From an uncultured Methanomassiliicoccus sp. (GTDB lineage: Archaea; Thermoplasmatota; Thermoplasmata; Methanomassiliicoccales; UBA472), in NCBI GenBank assembly GCA_964585915.1, contig CAZPFU010000004.1, positions 45,686 to 109,685 of the forward strand: DNA of 64,000 nucleotides. The letters are read 5' to 3'. The position numbers were made by a program, and so were the translations under genes. Positions 61,517 through 64,000 of the stretch are shown here, one piece after another; the stretch's first letter is position 1, and each line of letters opens with the position of its first letter. The notes under the pieces are model-generated. The model did no database searches, had not been told where the DNA came from, and worked only from the letters and a program-made list of their open reading frames with translations.

Positions 61517-62512
61517 TCAAACACCTATGAACCCCAGCAGCAGGTCCTCCAGGAACACCTGCGCCTCCACCCCTACCAGGAGGTAGAGGGGGACGACCAC
61601 CGTGAGCACGAAGAGATACGAGGCCATGGTCATGACCTTTATGGTGTCCCGCAAGACCTCCGGGTCCGACGGAAGTGGCCCGTCGCCCATGACGTACCAG
61701 CCTATCTTCTCGAACCTTATTCCCAATCCGCCAGCGAAGGCGGACATGTGCCAGCCCTTGTTCGGCGATAACGTCTGATCGTGATATTTCTTCGAAGCGT
61801 CCCAGCCGGCCCTCCAGTCCCTGCCCAGGATGATCAACGCCAAAAGAATGAAGGGCACCGCCGCCCGGGCCATGACGAAGTTGGTGCAATCGTCAAGCTT
61901 CGCCGAGAACCAGCCTACGTAGCGGTACTTGTCGTCCAGGTAGCCGACCATGGCGTCCAGGGTGTTGGACACGCGGTAAGCTACGGCGGCCGGGAGTCCC
62001 AGCAGGCCGAAGTAGAACAAGGGCGAGAAGATGGAGTCCACGGTGTTCTCCGCCGCGCTCTCCGCCGCGCAGGAGATCACATGCCCCTTGTCCAGCTGGC
62101 TCACGTCGCGGGAGACCATCATGGCCGCTTTGCTCCGCCCCAGCTCCAGATCTCCGGCCAGCAAGGCCTCGCGCACCGGCTCGGTGTGCTTTCCCATGGC
62201 CGCCATGGCGAACATGGTCTTCAGCAGTATCCCGCCGAATATGGCCCATACCAGCAACCCCAGGACGTCCCTGACCAGGGACATCAGCAATAGGACCAGG
62301 AAGGAGAAGAGCAGGATGACGGTCAATGCCATGAACATCCCGAAGAAACGCTCCCGGCGGGGGTGCCCGCGAGAGATGCGCTTGTCTAAGAAGGATATGA
62401 CCTTGCCCATCCAGACCACCGGATGCAGAGCGTTCGGTGGCTCTCCGATAAAGCGGTCGACCAGCAGTGCCACTAGAATGGTCAATAGGGCGTAGGGGAC
62501 CAGCTCAAACAT
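61517..62512 (-). CDS. cbiB: adenosylcobinamide-phosphate synthase CbiB
   Basis: LLVDRFIGEPPNALHPVVWMGK N-terminus, membrane protein of 331 aa. Confidence 0.9.
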   Translation of the reverse strand: MFELVPYALLTILVALLVDRFIGEPPNALHPVVWMGKVISFLDKRISRGHPRRERFFGMFMALTVILLFSFLVLLLMSLVRDVLGLLVWAIFGGILLKTMFAMAAMGKHTEPVREALLAGDLELGRSKAAMMVSRDVSQLDKGHVISCAAESAAENTVDSIFSPLFYFGLLGLPAAVAYRVSNTLDAMVGYLDDKYRYVGWFSAKLDDCTNFVMARAAVPFILLALIILGRDWRAGWDASKKYHDQTLSPNKGWHMSAFAGGLGIRFEKIGWYVMGDGPLPSDPEVLRDTIKVMTMASYLFVLTVVVPLYLLVGVEAQVFLEDLLLGFIGV

Positions 62513-63650
62513 GCATCCTCGCCCCGAACGCCGTACTGCGGATCTCCCTGGCCGTATCCTCCATGGCCGAGATCAGAAGGTCGTTCTTCTCCGGCGTCTT
62601 CACGCTGAAGCGGACGAACTTGTCGAACGGCCGTCCGAAGGTGGAGCAGTCCCGCACCAGCACCTTGCGCGGCAGAAGATGCTCCACCACATCCATCGCG
62701 GCCATCTTTGGATCGTTCACCCGGGTGAAGAAGAAGAAGCACCGGTCCGGGAGCGGGCAGAACAGCCCATTGCCGTCCACGGCCTTCTTTATTCGTCCAC
62801 GCTCGGAGGCCATCATCCGCGCCGCCTTGCGCACGTGGTCCTGATGGTCCCGCAGCAGCCGGGCGCCGACGTACTGTTCTATGACGCCTAGATTCCAGGA
62901 CAGCCTGGCGCGTTCCATCATGTCCACTATCTCCACGCTTCCTACACCGTAACCGACGCGCATGCCCGGGATGGCGAAGGATTTCGTCAGCGAGGAGATG
63001 ATGAACAGGTTCTCGTGGCTCTGCACCTCGGACATGCAGGAGACGCTCTCGCGATCGTCCACCAGCTCCAGCAACGTCTCGTCCAGGAAGACCAGCTTGC
63101 CGGCCGCCTCGCACTCGTCCACCAGCTCCATGATGCGCCTCTTCGGCTCGACCGTGCCGGTGGGATTGTTGGGATTGCAGATGTACAGCGCCCTGGCCAG
63201 AGGAAGCTTCTCGTGGATGGCGTTCATGTCCAGGCGGAAGCCTTCGCCCTCGATCAACGGAACGTCCAGTATGTTCGCGCCCTGCATGCGGCAGGCGTGC
63301 GAGTACTCGGAGAAGGTGGGCCGGGGAATTATTACCCGGGCCTTGCGGGAAAGGAACACCTCTGGATACAGACGGATGAGCTCGGCCGAACCGGCGCCGG
63401 CGATGACGTTCTCCGGCCACACGTTGTGCAGTCTCGCCACTGCCTCCCGGAACTCCTCGGCCGTATCGTCCGGGTAATGGTCCAGGTGTTCGGCGGCCTC
63501 CGCCACCAGCCGCGGCAGCTCCGCTGGCGGTCCGTACGGGTTGAGGTTGTGGCTGAAGTCCTCCACCCCGGGAAGCTTCCAGCCCTGACCCCCGTGCACG
63601 GGCCGCTTAATCGGCAACAATTCCTTTTTCACAAGGTCTTGGATCTTCAT
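62505..63650 (-). CDS. cobD: L-threonine-O-3-phosphate decarboxylase CobD (class I/II aminotransferase fold)
   Basis: VHGG near N-terminus, NPNNPTG, PLP-Lys SSLTKSFAIPGMRVGY; 44-nt overlap with upstream ABC gene if ATG 63650 is used. Confidence 0.8.
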   Translation of the reverse strand: MKIQDLVKKELLPIKRPVHGGQGWKLPGVEDFSHNLNPYGPPAELPRLVAEAAEHLDHYPDDTAEEFREAVARLHNVWPENVIAGAGSAELIRLYPEVFLSRKARVIIPRPTFSEYSHACRMQGANILDVPLIEGEGFRLDMNAIHEKLPLARALYICNPNNPTGTVEPKRRIMELVDECEAAGKLVFLDETLLELVDDRESVSCMSEVQSHENLFIISSLTKSFAIPGMRVGYGVGSVEIVDMMERARLSWNLGVIEQYVGARLLRDHQDHVRKAARMMASERGRIKKAVDGNGLFCPLPDRCFFFFTRVNDPKMAAMDVVEHLLPRKVLVRDCSTFGRPFDKFVRFSVKTPEKNDLLISAMEDTAREIRSTAFGARMHV

Positions 63651-64000
63651 CGTCGCCCTTCTCCGGGTCCGCCGGCCGCAGCGGGATGACGTACAGCTCC
63701 CCGTTGTCCCGGATGACCGTGACCTCCACGCCGTACACGGCGCGGATGATCTCCTCGTTGATGACCTCCGCCGGAGGTCCGTAATTGATTATCCCGCCGT
63801 CGCTTATGACTATCACCAGATCGGCGTACTTGGCGATCAGGTTGATGTCGTGCGATGCGGTTATCACCGTAACGCCCTGCCTGGACAGGTCCTTCAGGGC
63901 CTGCATGACCTGCAGTTTGAACTTGAGGTCCAGATGCGCGCTCGGTTCGTCCGCCAGCAGTATCTTCGGCTGCTGCACCGCCCCCTTGGCCAAGAGCACC
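63607..64000 (-). CDS. ABC transporter ATP-binding protein (FepC/BtuD-like, iron-siderophore/corrinoid type), C-terminal part; 5' end outside window
   Basis: Walker B ILLADEPSAHLD, H-loop ITASHD; frame open to window edge. Confidence 0.8.
   Translation of the reverse strand, partial: VLLAKGAVQQPKILLADEPSAHLDLKFKLQVMQALKDLSRQGVTVITASHDINLIAKYADLVIVISDGGIINYGPPAEVINEEIIRAVYGVEVTVIRDNGELYVIPLRPADPEKGDDEDPRPCEKGIVAD

Overview
GC-rich, tightly packed archaeal chromosome segment of about 63 genes. No rRNA, tRNA, CRISPR array or transposase was recognised. The gene content is methanogen-type: AroA'/AroB' shikimate entry, GHMP shikimate kinase, COG1900/NIL-ferredoxin homocysteine route, CobY, CbiZ-CobZ fusion, Pelota, and an MtaA-like/DUF1638 pair. 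This suggests a euryarchaeon, possibly Methanomassiliicoccales-like, but I cannot verify that without a database search. Layout, left to right: (1) tail of an isocitrate/isopropylmalate dehydrogenase-family gene and two unknowns. (2) An AT-rich islet with a small ORF plus a GNAT toxin-like gene. (3) phoU-pstBACS with a tandemly duplicated, fused PstS, and a divergent AbrB-PhoU regulator. (4) A second AT-rich islet carrying an AbiEi/AbiEii module. (5) A homocitrate-synthase-like gene, then an MtaA-like methyltransferase (frame broken at codon 4) with DUF1638. (6) pelota and carAB. (7) A 2581-aa surface protein with two beta-helix modules and 13 Fn3 domains. (8) A roughly 20-kb same-strand amino-acid supercluster: archaeal shikimate pathway, asd, the homocysteine trio, his operon without hisD, aspartate kinase and pheA. 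(9) Redox and housekeeping genes plus hypF. (10) A corrinoid salvage and nucleotide-loop cluster. Most worth follow-up: the giant surface protein, the two AT-rich toxin islets, the MtaA-like/DUF1638 pair, a 26-nt element repeated at the pstS and phoU 3' ends, and the aspartate-semialdehyde-centred gene clustering. All functional calls rest on motifs I recognised by eye and have not been checked against any database.
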